From contig JANPJS010000326.1 of the NCBI GenBank assembly GCA_031425655.1, positions 1-47,353 of the forward strand: a DNA stretch of 47,353 nucleotides, read 5' to 3'. This stretch comes from Abditibacteriaceae bacterium. GTDB lineage: Bacteria; Armatimonadota; Abditibacteriia; Abditibacteriales; Abditibacteriaceae. A program made the translations under genes and the position numbers. The notes under the pieces are model-generated. The model was not told the origin of the DNA, ran no database searches, and saw only the letters and a program-made list of their open reading frames with translations. Positions 1-9,172 of the stretch are shown in pieces. Within the stretch, counting starts at the first letter, position 1. The number at the start of each line of letters is the position of its first letter.

Positions 1-107
1 CTTTCTTCGTGACCGTGCGCGCCAGCGAAGTCACGCGCATCGGCCACCTCTCCGCCACCGATTGGCCCGAAGTGCAAGCGCGCTTGAAATTGGCGATTGC
101 GCTTTGA
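1..107 (+). CDS. 3' end of a PemK/MazF-family toxin gene (truncated by the window edge)
   Basis: Reads FFVTVRASEVTRIGHLSATDWPEVQARLKLAIAL* from position 3; 98/107 nt identical to 1344-1450, the 3' end of the PemK gene at 1118-1450. Confidence 0.8.
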   Translation, partial: FFVTVRASEVTRIGHLSATDWPEVQARLKLAIAL

Positions 108-118
108 ACCAAAAAGCG

Positions 119-160
119 AAACGGCGCGCTGAGAATTTCTCATGCGCCGTTTTGGTTTTT
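119..160. terminator. Probable bidirectional intrinsic terminator
   Basis: AAACGGCGC..TGAGAA / TTCTCA..GCGCCGTTT hairpin with A- and T-tracts, between convergent toxin genes. Confidence 0.6.
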
Positions 161-175
161 CCAAAGCCGCTGTTT

Positions 176-589
176 TCATGGTTCGCGCCGCAGCAACGAC
201 TCGAATCCAGCTTGCTCGAAGTGATGATCGTAGGCCAAAGCGCATGAAATGCCGCGCTCCTGCATCACAACAAACGAAATACAATCGGTCAGCGACCATT
301 CTTTATCGGGACGGGCTTTGTGGAACGCAACGCCTTTTTGAAACCAATCGGGTGAGGCGGAGACGATTTCGATTTGCTTTACGCCTAACAAACTCAAGAG
401 CGCCGCATGATATTTTGCGCGGTCGGCAGGTGCCGATAGCGCATCACCCAACTCAATCAACACGAACTCCGTCGTGAGAATTAGCGTTTGGTTTTGAGCG
501 ATCCAGACAGCCCAATCGCGCGCCCGCAAATGCAATTCATCCCGTGGCTTGAGTTGCGCGATGAAAAAGCCGGTATCCGCGAAAATCAT
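176..589 (-). CDS. vapC: PIN-domain VapC toxin
   Basis: IFADTGFFIA N-terminus, VLIE, SLTDCISFVVM and ALAYDHHFEQAGF PIN motifs; 137 aa. Confidence 0.92.
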   Translation of the reverse strand: MIFADTGFFIAQLKPRDELHLRARDWAVWIAQNQTLILTTEFVLIELGDALSAPADRAKYHAALLSLLGVKQIEIVSASPDWFQKGVAFHKARPDKEWSLTDCISFVVMQERGISCALAYDHHFEQAGFESLLRREP

Positions 590-810
590 GGTCGTTTGGG
601 CATCCCATGAAGATAATGATCATGCTGCGCCGCCAAATCGGTGGGCGAAGCGGGGTCGTCGGGATACTGCTCGGCAATTTCCAGCAGCGCCAGTAGAGGA
701 TGCTCGGTTTCTTCCTCGAATTGAAAGCGAACGGCGCGGCCCTGCGGCAAATCCACTGGTTCATCAGGCACGAAAACCCGTCCGTCGAAGTGAGCGCGAA
801 TCGTTGTCAT
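586..810 (-). CDS. Antitoxin partner of VapC (DUF104/AF2212-like)
   Basis: MTTIRAHFDGRVFVPDEPVDLPQG and DLAAQHDHYLHG motifs; 4-nt overlap with vapC; ATG at 810 chosen over the 837 start. Confidence 0.8.
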   Translation of the reverse strand: MTTIRAHFDGRVFVPDEPVDLPQGRAVRFQFEEETEHPLLALLEIAEQYPDDPASPTDLAAQHDHYLHGMPKRP

Positions 811-926
811 GCCAAGCAGTTTAGCTTTCGCACGCAAAATCGCCCAAAGTCACGCGCATCCGCCATCTGTCCGCGCTGCTGCCGATTACTCGGTGTCAAA
901 GCTAAAATAGAGTTAGGTGATTTGAA

Positions 927-1121
927 ATGGCGATTACAATCGAAACTCCAACGGCTGAAGCGATTTACGAGGCGCTCAAACAAGTGCCGGCAGATGAAAT
1001 GATGCGGCTGCGCGCAATGCTCAACGTGCCGGTTTCCGAAACCGCCGAGGCGGAACAGAGTGCATGGCGTGCGGTTTCGGCACACTCTGCCTCACGCTTT
1101 TTTGAAGAGGAAAACGAATGA
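927..1121 (+). CDS. Putative antitoxin upstream of PemK/MazF toxin
   Basis: 64 aa, acidic, AGGTGA RBS, ATGA overlap with the toxin; N-terminal half resembles 2267-2500. Confidence 0.75.
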   Translation: MAITIETPTAEAIYEALKQVPADEMMRLRAMLNVPVSETAEAEQSAWRAVSAHSASRFFEEENE

Positions 1122-1450
1122 CGACGCTACGCGCGGGCGATATCGTGACTGGCTATTTTGCGGGTTCAGTTACCGATAAAGCGCGTCCTGCCGTCGTAGT
1201 TTCGAGCCAGACCTACCACCAAAACCGCCCCGATGTTGTAATTTGCTTTCTCACCACACAAGTCGCGGGTGCCAACGCCCCGACTGATTACGCTTTGCGC
1301 GATTGGAAAGAAGCAGGCTTGAATCAGCCCTCGGCCTTTCGCGCTTTCTTCGTGACCGTGCGCGCCAGCGAAGTCACGCGCATCGGCCATCTCGCCGCCG
1401 CCGATTGGGCAGAAGTGCAAGCGCGGCTGAAATTGGCGATTGAGGTTTGA
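1118..1450 (+). CDS. PemK/MazF-family toxin
   Basis: GDIV..KARPAVVVS..DVVICFLTT..DWKEAGLNQPS..IGHL motifs; 110 aa. Confidence 0.9.
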   Translation: MTTLRAGDIVTGYFAGSVTDKARPAVVVSSQTYHQNRPDVVICFLTTQVAGANAPTDYALRDWKEAGLNQPSAFRAFFVTVRASEVTRIGHLAAADWAEVQARLKLAIEV

Positions 1451-1462
1451 AAGGTTTCTCGT

Positions 1463-2143
1463 ATGGACACGAACGCTTCCAATCCAAATTACGACTTTGA
1501 GGGCGACCCGTTTGGGGACGATTCAGACGAACCCATGCGCGATATTGAACGGCGCTTGAATGTTCATCGCCTGCAAAGCGAGTTTCAAGAGATCACCGGC
1601 GTTGCGCCGGCGGGCCATCAAAACCCCGATGCGCCGAGTGAAATTATTGAGGGCTTCTGGCAAAGCGTCGTCGAGTGGGAAAAAGCACCCGACACCACGC
1701 AAGCCGCGCAATGGCACCGCGATCAGGCTCCGCTACCGCCCGACGCGGAATTAAACGATGAGCAGCTTTCAGCACGGCTCCGGCAAATCATCGAATGGAT
1801 GGCCGCGCGTCGCACTTATCTGGAAAATACCGATCATCTCAGCGACCGCGAACTGTATCGCTACCTGCGCGACGAAGCGATGCACGAATGGACAAAAGAG
1901 TTTTCGCCGCGCTCACGGATGAACTGCCACATCTCGCCCATTGGCAGCGGCAGCGAAGAAGACAATGCCCTTTATATGCGCTACTACGCGGACGACGACT
2001 ACCGCGAACGCTGGGCGCGCGACTTTCCAGAAGACCACATTCCCGAACGCGCACCGCTGCCCTTCGACCGCGACCGCTTTCTGCCACGAGCGGATTACGG
2101 GCTTTACGAAGAAGATGATGAAGACGAATTAGAATTGGAGTGA
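1463..2143 (+). CDS. Acidic hypothetical protein (226 aa)
   Basis: Long ORF with an AAAGG RBS and coding-like composition; no function recognised. Confidence 0.75.
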   Translation: MDTNASNPNYDFEGDPFGDDSDEPMRDIERRLNVHRLQSEFQEITGVAPAGHQNPDAPSEIIEGFWQSVVEWEKAPDTTQAAQWHRDQAPLPPDAELNDEQLSARLRQIIEWMAARRTYLENTDHLSDRELYRYLRDEAMHEWTKEFSPRSRMNCHISPIGSGSEEDNALYMRYYADDDYRERWARDFPEDHIPERAPLPFDRDRFLPRADYGLYEEDDEDELELE

Positions 2144-2202
2144 ACGGCGTGTTCACTGAGATGCCGAACTTCAGGGTTCACGACGCAACAACGCTTCAAA
2201 TT

Positions 2203-2247
2203 TGGCCCGAAGTGCAAGTGCGGCTCAAATTGGCGATTGCGGTTTGA
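2203..2247 (+). pseudogene. Isolated remnant of a PemK/MazF gene 3' end
   Basis: Reads WPEVQVRLKLAIAV*, matching the C-termini encoded at 63-107 and 1406-1450. Confidence 0.8.
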
Positions 2248-2266
2248 GTCGCGCTAAAATAAAAGC

Positions 2267-2500
2267 ATGAGCATCATCATCGAAAACCTCACCGCCGAGG
2301 CGATTTACGAGGAAATCAAGCGCCAGGTGCCCGCGCGCGAATTCGAGCGGCTCAAAATGCTGTTCAACGAAGAGAAACCTTATTGGGAAGACCCAACTTA
2401 CAGCGGCGAATGGAGCGACGAAGACTTGCGCGACCTTGACCGTGCAACGGCTCAACTCATTGACGAGCGTTTTGGCCCGGAAAAAGGGATTTATGATTGA
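2267..2500 (+). CDS. Putative antitoxin, paralog of 927-1121
   Basis: MSIIIENLTAEAIYEEIKRQVP vs MAITIETPTAEAIYEALKQVP; overlaps the toxin start; TAAAAT 6 nt upstream of ATG. Confidence 0.75.
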   Translation: MSIIIENLTAEAIYEEIKRQVPAREFERLKMLFNEEKPYWEDPTYSGEWSDEDLRDLDRATAQLIDERFGPEKGIYD

Positions 2501-2825
2501 AACCGGCGATGTCATCACCGCGTTTCTGCCGGGTGTGAGCGAAACCAAGCGCCGTCCGGCGATTGTGATTTCAACTCCGGCCTACCATAAAGCACGTCCT
2601 GACGTGCTACTGGCTCTAATTACAAGTCAGATCGAAAAAGCCGACACCGCATTCGATGCTCCAATTTACGACTGGGAAGAAGCAGGACTAAAACTGCCTT
2701 CGGCCATGCGCTCGTTCTTGTTCACGAAACCCGTAAGAGAAATAGTCAGAATCGGCCATCTCTCCGCCGCCGATTGGGCCGAAGTGCAAGCGCGGCTAAA
2801 ATTGGCGATGCTGAAGCTGTTTTAA
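2493..2825 (+). CDS. PemK/MazF-family toxin
   Basis: MIETGDVI..KRRPAIVIS..DVLLALITS..DWEEAGLKLPS; start set at ATG 2493, which overlaps the antitoxin stop. Confidence 0.9.
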   Translation: MIETGDVITAFLPGVSETKRRPAIVISTPAYHKARPDVLLALITSQIEKADTAFDAPIYDWEEAGLKLPSAMRSFLFTKPVREIVRIGHLSAADWAEVQARLKLAMLKLF

Positions 2826-2872
2826 GACTGTTCCGCGGGTCTATATTTCGTCGCTAATGTTGTCTCCTAATT

Positions 2873-3811
2873 TTAAATGGGAAGGTGTGGGCCAATGTAT
2901 CCGACAATAAATTTTCTGGTTGCAAAATCTACGAAAAAATGAATCCGCCAGTTAAATGTTTTCTTCAACTTCATGTGCCACTCACATTCAACTTCCTGAC
3001 TATTCGAGCGATGGTAAGTTCGAGAGCCGCTGAAACCGCTCATCGTAGAGTCACTTTCTCCCGAAAAGTCAGGGAGAACGGCAAACATTCTTTCGCTTGT
3101 CCATTCCTCATCGTATTGATTTAGAGCTTCCAATCGGACTCGGACTTGATGTAAATGTGCCGGCATCAGCAATTTCTCTAACTGCCTTTCCACTTCGACA
3201 CAAAACTCAAGGTTAGGAAAAAGTATTTTTCGATTACTCCAAAGGTCAGTCCCTTTTTTGAGGGGCGAGGAAAGCTGTTCTTGAAGCCAACCTCGGTGTG
3301 TTAATACATGAGAAGCAGAAGCTGCGTGGATAACTTCATGAACAGATTGATTAAGTTCGCCCTGCTCATCAATTTCTTGGACTTGGATGGCAATTTTTTC
3401 TGCATCCCAAACAGAGTGACTCATCAAACTAAGAGCGGGTAAACCCAACAGATATGCCGCTCCCAATGCTTCGCAATGAGTGCCATTTATCAAAAAATCG
3501 CATCCAATTTTCCGAGCTTCTGCCAAAGGCTCATCTTGAAGGAAGGGAGACTTGGCTGCCTTGGTCTTAAAAAGTGTTTTGGCATCCTGCTCAACTTGCG
3601 AATCGACCGACCAATGGGCAACGGTATAGTTTTCGTAAAGCGCAAATGAAAAAAGTGAATCGGAGTAGCGGAGTGAACCCTCAACTCCAAGCGCGCCGAA
3701 TACCGAAAGCGTTTGCACCAAGTTACTCATTTTATCCCTCGCTTCTTGAACCGAAGCAAGGGGCACAAATGATAAATCGTTCAAAACGATATCAAAAGAA
3801 GAAGTCATCAT
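2873..3811 (-). CDS. Putative effector of Menshen-like system (NsnC-like)
   Basis: Third gene of the DUF262 + DUF3696 operon; C-terminus EWHMKL..WRIHF..IVGYIGPHLP suggests a RelE-like nuclease fold. Confidence 0.65.
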   Translation of the reverse strand: MMTSSFDIVLNDLSFVPLASVQEARDKMSNLVQTLSVFGALGVEGSLRYSDSLFSFALYENYTVAHWSVDSQVEQDAKTLFKTKAAKSPFLQDEPLAEARKIGCDFLINGTHCEALGAAYLLGLPALSLMSHSVWDAEKIAIQVQEIDEQGELNQSVHEVIHAASASHVLTHRGWLQEQLSSPLKKGTDLWSNRKILFPNLEFCVEVERQLEKLLMPAHLHQVRVRLEALNQYDEEWTSERMFAVLPDFSGESDSTMSGFSGSRTYHRSNSQEVECEWHMKLKKTFNWRIHFFVDFATRKFIVGYIGPHLPI

Positions 3812-3814
3812 TTA

Positions 3815-5071
3815 CTAATTGAGATCAAAACCCGGTGGCAGGAGAAGGCGAGAGAGATTTTTATCCCACTCGTCGAAAAATCCGGATGGCCATTGTGAAA
3901 TGCGGCCATTAGCGTCAATAGTTGGCGATTGCACGGCAGCACGCGGCAAGCCATTAACTTCTTCGCGCCCAAAGAAATGCACTCGCACCAGTTCCGGCTC
4001 GATTTTTTTATCGTGAATCGCTAAACGAATCCCATTAAGGACGTGATCGCTATGCGTTTCCACGATGATTTGAACGCCTGATTTTGCGGCTAATGCCATC
4101 AAATGTCCCATCATAGATTGGCCGCGCGGGTGCAAATGCGCTTCAGGATTTTCTAACAACAACAGCGAACCTCGTTTAGCCGAGAGCAAGGCGACCAAAA
4201 TTGGCAGTAAATAACTCAGGCCGAAACCGACATTAGTGGCGCGGTAAGGCCGGCTCACCGATTTACCCTCTGTATAGCCAAACCGGACACTAACAGAATC
4301 GGTATCGTAGTTTGATGTGATATTCAAGCGTGTGCCGGGGCTAATCTCACCAAACCACGCTTCGACTTGTGCGCTTAATTTTATGGAAGCCGCCTTCTCA
4401 TGTCGAATTCCTTCCAATACATCTTCGCGTTCGCCAAAAACCGATAGAAAATGCACGGCAAATTCGCCGTGGCTTCCTAACTGTCGCCGTTGGCGAACTT
4501 GATCATCAGAAGTCGTAAAAGAAAGCCGAGGCCCAAAACGCTCGGCTTGAAGATATTGAAAATCATTGTTAAAGAGTGGCTGTTCTTCAAGACGGCGTGC
4601 ATCCGTAATGCGCCGCCGATTCTCCATCTGCCGAACAACCCTTTCCTTATTCATCTGAAACCTTTCCATTTCTCTGTTTATTGCTTCATCAGAGAATGTA
4701 ATAGGCTCCAATATCAAATCCAACAAGTTCGTATTAGAATCCTCGTAACAAAATCTCCAATTCTCCTCTCGCCCACGAACTTTCATTCCTATCTGAATTT
4801 CGTTGTCTTCCGCAAATTCACAATAAACATCATTGGCAGTTCCCAGAGAGAGCAACTCGCCATTAAGCATTAACCCGCCAGAATATTCCCTTCGGCGAAG
4901 AAAACTAGGGTTAAGAAAACCTTGTTGGTGAGACTGCCGCAGTAACAAAAGTGATTGAATGACCGACGACTTCCCCATTCCATTCAATCCAGTTAACAGG
5001 GTCAATGGGCCGATTTCCAAGCCCAAGTCCACGAAACACTTGAAATTATGAAGAGAGAGGGCTTGGATCAT
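3815..5071 (-). CDS. AAA_15/AAA_21 ABC-type ATPase with C-terminal DUF3696 (NsnB-like)
   Basis: Walker A GLNGMGKS, signature-like NVGFGLSY, Walker B LLLENPEAHLHP, ETHSDH, and WPSGFFDEW typical of DUF3696. Confidence 0.9.
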   Translation of the reverse strand: MIQALSLHNFKCFVDLGLEIGPLTLLTGLNGMGKSSVIQSLLLLRQSHQQGFLNPSFLRRREYSGGLMLNGELLSLGTANDVYCEFAEDNEIQIGMKVRGREENWRFCYEDSNTNLLDLILEPITFSDEAINREMERFQMNKERVVRQMENRRRITDARRLEEQPLFNNDFQYLQAERFGPRLSFTTSDDQVRQRRQLGSHGEFAVHFLSVFGEREDVLEGIRHEKAASIKLSAQVEAWFGEISPGTRLNITSNYDTDSVSVRFGYTEGKSVSRPYRATNVGFGLSYLLPILVALLSAKRGSLLLLENPEAHLHPRGQSMMGHLMALAAKSGVQIIVETHSDHVLNGIRLAIHDKKIEPELVRVHFFGREEVNGLPRAAVQSPTIDANGRISQWPSGFFDEWDKNLSRLLLPPGFDLN

Positions 5072-6270
5072 TCGTTTACCTCTTCGATTTGGATTCTTCC
5101 CGCCAAAACATCGTCAACCAACTTTTCCACGCACTCAAACCGCTTTCTGACGCTTCTCACATTGCCGGTCGATTGCGAGATGGATTTATAAAATTCTTCA
5201 TCCAACATTAGTTCCTTCCAGCCATATTCCAAATATTCTTTTTGTTCGATAAGACGGCTGACCTGTCCCTCACTTAAGCGGTCTAAAGTGACCACCCAAA
5301 CTTCAAATAAAGCGCGATTTACTGGGTTCAAACCTTTATCCCAAGGCATTATCTTGCGAAAGGCCAGTTTTCCAAACAATGCATGAGCATGAACTATCGC
5401 CCGCTTAAACCGTTGCTTCAATACCTCGTTTTCTGCTTCGGCTGCGGCGTTGATAATTCTAAGCTGCCTGTTAAGAAAACCATCCAAATCTTCCGCTTGA
5501 TAAGTCGTATAAGACGTCATCATAAATGCCAGAGCACGCAAAACGAATTCACGGTCAGCCATGCGACTTTTACGAATGCTTTGACTGGTCGCCGTTTGGA
5601 ATTCGTTACATTTGGCCAACTCTTCTAAAAGTAAAGTCGCCTTGCCCTGGAAAAGAGCATGACGGATTTCTTGAGACGAAAGAGGCAAACCACCAGTATT
5701 GATGCGCCGAAAAATGGCAAAAACCGCTTCTTGAGGGGTGCCCGCTTCTATTTGCACTACAGTGAGTTGGGTTTCTCGGATACGGCGTTGAAAAGTGCGA
5801 GGCAAGTCGTCGTATTTTTTACCGTTGAATTCGTGGGTGATTTCAAGATCGCGCAACGTCAGGGACTTATCAAGAATAAACTCCTTCAAAGTTGTTAGCC
5901 TTTGCAATCCGTCAATTACGCGCCAACGGTTTTCGTCAGTTGCATCTAAGTAAAAAGCGGGCAATGGAATCCTAACAAGAAGTGATTCAATTAAACGGCT
6001 TTTGGCTCCATCACTCCAAATTCCAGCTTCCCGTTGAAAATCCGGTTGCAATTGGATTTCATCTTCTTCAATTCGGGCAAGCAGCGAGTCGAGCGAATAC
6101 AACTTGTTGGAGACGCGAATTTGTGCTGGATTAAAGGTCTCATTTCCTTGAGCAGCAGGAGGGGAGACCGTTGAATCTTCGGTTTCCTGCTCCGTTCCGG
6201 CGTCGTCAGAAAGCACTTCAGTTTGTCGTGCGTCTGTATCGGAAATTTCGAGTTCTGAGATCATTTTCAT
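5068..6270 (-). CDS. DUF262 (ParB/Srx-like) domain protein (NsnA-like)
   Basis: PDFQR, SRLIESLL..IPLP, VIDGLQRLTT and IFRRINTGG..LSSQEIR motifs. Confidence 0.9.
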   Translation of the reverse strand: MKMISELEISDTDARQTEVLSDDAGTEQETEDSTVSPPAAQGNETFNPAQIRVSNKLYSLDSLLARIEEDEIQLQPDFQREAGIWSDGAKSRLIESLLVRIPLPAFYLDATDENRWRVIDGLQRLTTLKEFILDKSLTLRDLEITHEFNGKKYDDLPRTFQRRIRETQLTVVQIEAGTPQEAVFAIFRRINTGGLPLSSQEIRHALFQGKATLLLEELAKCNEFQTATSQSIRKSRMADREFVLRALAFMMTSYTTYQAEDLDGFLNRQLRIINAAAEAENEVLKQRFKRAIVHAHALFGKLAFRKIMPWDKGLNPVNRALFEVWVVTLDRLSEGQVSRLIEQKEYLEYGWKELMLDEEFYKSISQSTGNVRSVRKRFECVEKLVDDVLAGRIQIEEVNE

Positions 6271-6348
6271 CCTGCCCTGAGTATCACAAATCGAACGCGC
6301 TCTGGTGTGAAGATGTCCACATTCCGCATATTTGATTACTTCGTTAGC

Positions 6349-6382
6349 AAAAGCGGCGCACTCTTTTGAGTGCGCCGCTTTT
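6349..6382 (-). terminator. Intrinsic terminator of ppdK
   Basis: Perfect AAAAGCGGCGCACTC / GAGTGCGCCGCTTTT inverted repeat just downstream of the ppdK stop. Confidence 0.85.
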
Positions 6383-6399
6383 ACTTTCCAGCCACGAAT

Positions 6400-9087
6400 T
6401 TAATTCGCTTCCAACGCCGCTTGCGCCGCCGCCAGTCTTGCGACTGGGACGCGCTTGGGAGAACACGAAACGTAGTTGAGGCCGAGTTTGTTGCAGAACT
6501 TGACGCTGTCGGGGTCGCCGCCGTGTTCGCCGCAGATGCCCAATTTGATCTTCGGGTTGACACTGCGCGCGTCGTCCACGCAGATTTGCATCAAGCGGCC
6601 AACGCCGGTGATGTCAATCGAAACCGTCGGGTCTTCCTTGTAGATTTCCTTGGCGATGTAAGGCATCAGGAACGGGCCGGCGTCGTCACGGCTCATGCCA
6701 TAAGTCATCTGCGTCAGGTCGTTGGTGCCGAAGGAGAAAAAGCTGGCTTCTTTGGCGATTTCCGCGCTTGTCAGAGCGGCGCGCGGCACTTCGATCATGG
6801 TGCCGAACATATAATCCACTTCGATGCCGGCGGCTTCCAACGTGCGCTTGGCGACGGCTTCGAGCTGCGTTTTGACGTGCGTTAATTCGTTGATGTGGCC
6901 GACGAGAGGAATCATGATTTCGGGGTGAACGTCAATGCCCTCTTTCTTGACTTGCGCCGCCGCGCCGATGATGGCCGCGACTTGCATCTCGACAATGCCG
7001 GGGAACACGATGCTGAGGCGAACGCCGCGCAAACCGAGCATCGGGTTCATCTCGTGCATTTCCGTCACTTTGTTGAGCAGCTTCGATTTTTCCGGGTCGC
7101 TCTGGCCTTTGGATTCCATTACCGCCAACTCTTTGGCGAGTTCAATCTGGTTCGGCATGAACTCGTGCAACGGCGGGTCAATCAAGCGAACCGTGACCGG
7201 CTTGCCGTCCATCGCGCGGAAGATGCCGACGAAATCTTCTTTTTGAATCGGCAGCAACTCGTCGAGTGCTTTCTGGCGCGAGGCTTCGTCTTCCGCCAAA
7301 ATCATGCGGCGCACAATCGGCAGACGGTCGGCTTCGAGAAACATATGCTCGGTGCGGCACAATCCGATGCCTTCAGCGCCCAAACCGAGGGCTTCGGCGG
7401 CCTGTTCGGGCGTGTCGGCGTTGGCACGCACGCCCATGGTGCGGAACTCGTCCACCCAACCCATGAGTGTGGCGAAGTTGCCGTGTTTGAGTGATTCCTC
7501 GACTTCCTGAGTGGTTTGAACGTCGCATTTTCCTTCGTAAACAATGCCCGAAGTGCCGTCAATGGTAATCCAATCGCCCTCCTTAATCACTGTTCCGTCA
7601 GGCGTGGTGAATTGAGTTGCGTGGTGTCCGTCGAGCTTGATGTCCGCGCAACCGCAAATCGTCGGGATGCCGAACTGTCGCGCGACCAAAGCCGCGTGCG
7701 AAGTGCGTCCTCCGCGCGCGGTCAACACGCCTTGCGCCGCCAACATTCCCTTCAAATCGTCTGGCGTGGTTTCTTGCGAACACAGAATCACCGGCTGGCC
7801 GTTTCCGCCCTTGCCGAGTTCCGCCGCTTTATCGCTGGAGAAAACGGCGATGCCGACAGCACCGCCCGGCCCAGCGTCAAGTCCTTTGGCGATCGAACGC
7901 ACCGCTTTAATGTTCTTTAACGCCGGATGCAGCGCCTGCTCAAGACCGGAAGGAGCGACCATTTTAACAGCAGTTTCTTTGGTGATAAAGCCTTCGTTGA
8001 CCATCTCGACGGCGATGCGAATCGCCGCGGTGCCGGTGCGCTTGCCCGAACGGCATTGCAGGATGAACAGCTTGTTCTTTTCGATGGTGAACTCGATGTC
8101 CTGCATATCCTTGTAGTGATTTTCAAGGCGGCGCGCGTTGGCGATAAGCTCGTCGTAAATCGGCTTGTTGTCGGCTTCGAGTTCGGCGATTTCGCGCGGC
8201 GTGCGCACGCCGGCCACTACGTCTTCGCCCTGCGCGTTGGGCAGATATTCGCCGTAAATCACGTTCTCGCCGGTCGCGGCGTTGCGCGTGAACATCACGC
8301 CGGAGCCGCTGTCTTCGCCCATGTTGCCGAAGACCATGCTCTGCACGTTGACAGCGGTGCCAATCGAGTGAGAAATCTTCTCTTTGTTGCGATAAATGAT
8401 GGCGCGCTCGTTGTTCCACGAGCGGAAAACGGCGGTGATGGAGGTCTCAAGCTGCTCGTAAGGGTCGGAAGGAAAGTCGCGGCCCGTTTGACTGCGGAAG
8501 AACACTTTATAGGTGTCGCAAAGCGATTTCCAATCGTCGCCGGTCAGTTCGGTGTCTTCGGTTTTACGCAGCTTTTCTTTATGCTCGGTGAGGATGCGCT
8601 CGAAACCGTCTTTGCTGAGACCGGGATAATCGGCTTTGAGCGTGATGTCCGAAAACATCATGATAAAGCGGCGATACGAGTCGTAAGCGAAGCGCGCATT
8701 GCCGCTGGAAGCGATAAGTCCTTCGATAGCGTCGTCGTTGAGGCCCAGGTTGAGAACGGTGTCCATCATGCCCGGCAGCGAAAACTTGGCGCCGGAACGC
8801 ACGGAAAAGAGGAGGGGGTTTTTGTTGTCGCCGAACTTCTTGCCGATGGCCTGTTCTACGTCGGCGACGGCTTTTTTCACGTCGTCCATCAGGCCGGCGG
8901 GAATCTGTTTTCCATTAGCGTAATACTCGGTGCAGACTTCGGTGGTGACCGTAAATCCGGGCGGAACGGGCAGGCCGATGTTGGTCATTTCAGCCAGGTT
9001 GGCGCCTTTGCCGCCTAACAAATCTTTCAGTTCTTTTTTGCCTTCGCGGAACAGCCACACGCGATTATTTGGGGTCGAATTGCTCAC
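6400..9087 (-). CDS. ppdK: Pyruvate, phosphate dikinase
   Basis: LLGGKGANLAEM, SVRSGA, GGRTSHAA phospho-His motif, GIGLCRTEHM, SFGTNDLTQ and GICGEHGGDP; 895 aa, GTG start. Confidence 0.98.
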   Translation of the reverse strand: MSNSTPNNRVWLFREGKKELKDLLGGKGANLAEMTNIGLPVPPGFTVTTEVCTEYYANGKQIPAGLMDDVKKAVADVEQAIGKKFGDNKNPLLFSVRSGAKFSLPGMMDTVLNLGLNDDAIEGLIASSGNARFAYDSYRRFIMMFSDITLKADYPGLSKDGFERILTEHKEKLRKTEDTELTGDDWKSLCDTYKVFFRSQTGRDFPSDPYEQLETSITAVFRSWNNERAIIYRNKEKISHSIGTAVNVQSMVFGNMGEDSGSGVMFTRNAATGENVIYGEYLPNAQGEDVVAGVRTPREIAELEADNKPIYDELIANARRLENHYKDMQDIEFTIEKNKLFILQCRSGKRTGTAAIRIAVEMVNEGFITKETAVKMVAPSGLEQALHPALKNIKAVRSIAKGLDAGPGGAVGIAVFSSDKAAELGKGGNGQPVILCSQETTPDDLKGMLAAQGVLTARGGRTSHAALVARQFGIPTICGCADIKLDGHHATQFTTPDGTVIKEGDWITIDGTSGIVYEGKCDVQTTQEVEESLKHGNFATLMGWVDEFRTMGVRANADTPEQAAEALGLGAEGIGLCRTEHMFLEADRLPIVRRMILAEDEASRQKALDELLPIQKEDFVGIFRAMDGKPVTVRLIDPPLHEFMPNQIELAKELAVMESKGQSDPEKSKLLNKVTEMHEMNPMLGLRGVRLSIVFPGIVEMQVAAIIGAAAQVKKEGIDVHPEIMIPLVGHINELTHVKTQLEAVAKRTLEAAGIEVDYMFGTMIEVPRAALTSAEIAKEASFFSFGTNDLTQMTYGMSRDDAGPFLMPYIAKEIYKEDPTVSIDITGVGRLMQICVDDARSVNPKIKLGICGEHGGDPDSVKFCNKLGLNYVSCSPKRVPVARLAAAQAALEAN

Positions 9088-9172
9088 AGTTTCAGGTTTC
9101 CTTCGGTGTTTTTTGCCTCAAAAAGCATAGCACGCGAGGGAGAACGGGGCAAACGAAACGGTATCGCTTCGC

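Noticed and set aside
2161..2247. 28-aa mini ORF ending in the MazF C-terminal helix, considered as a functional peptide
   Set aside because: No RBS or other support; more simply a recombination remnant.
6370..9018. Long plus-strand ORFs opposite ppdK
   Set aside because: Antisense shadows of a highly biased gene.
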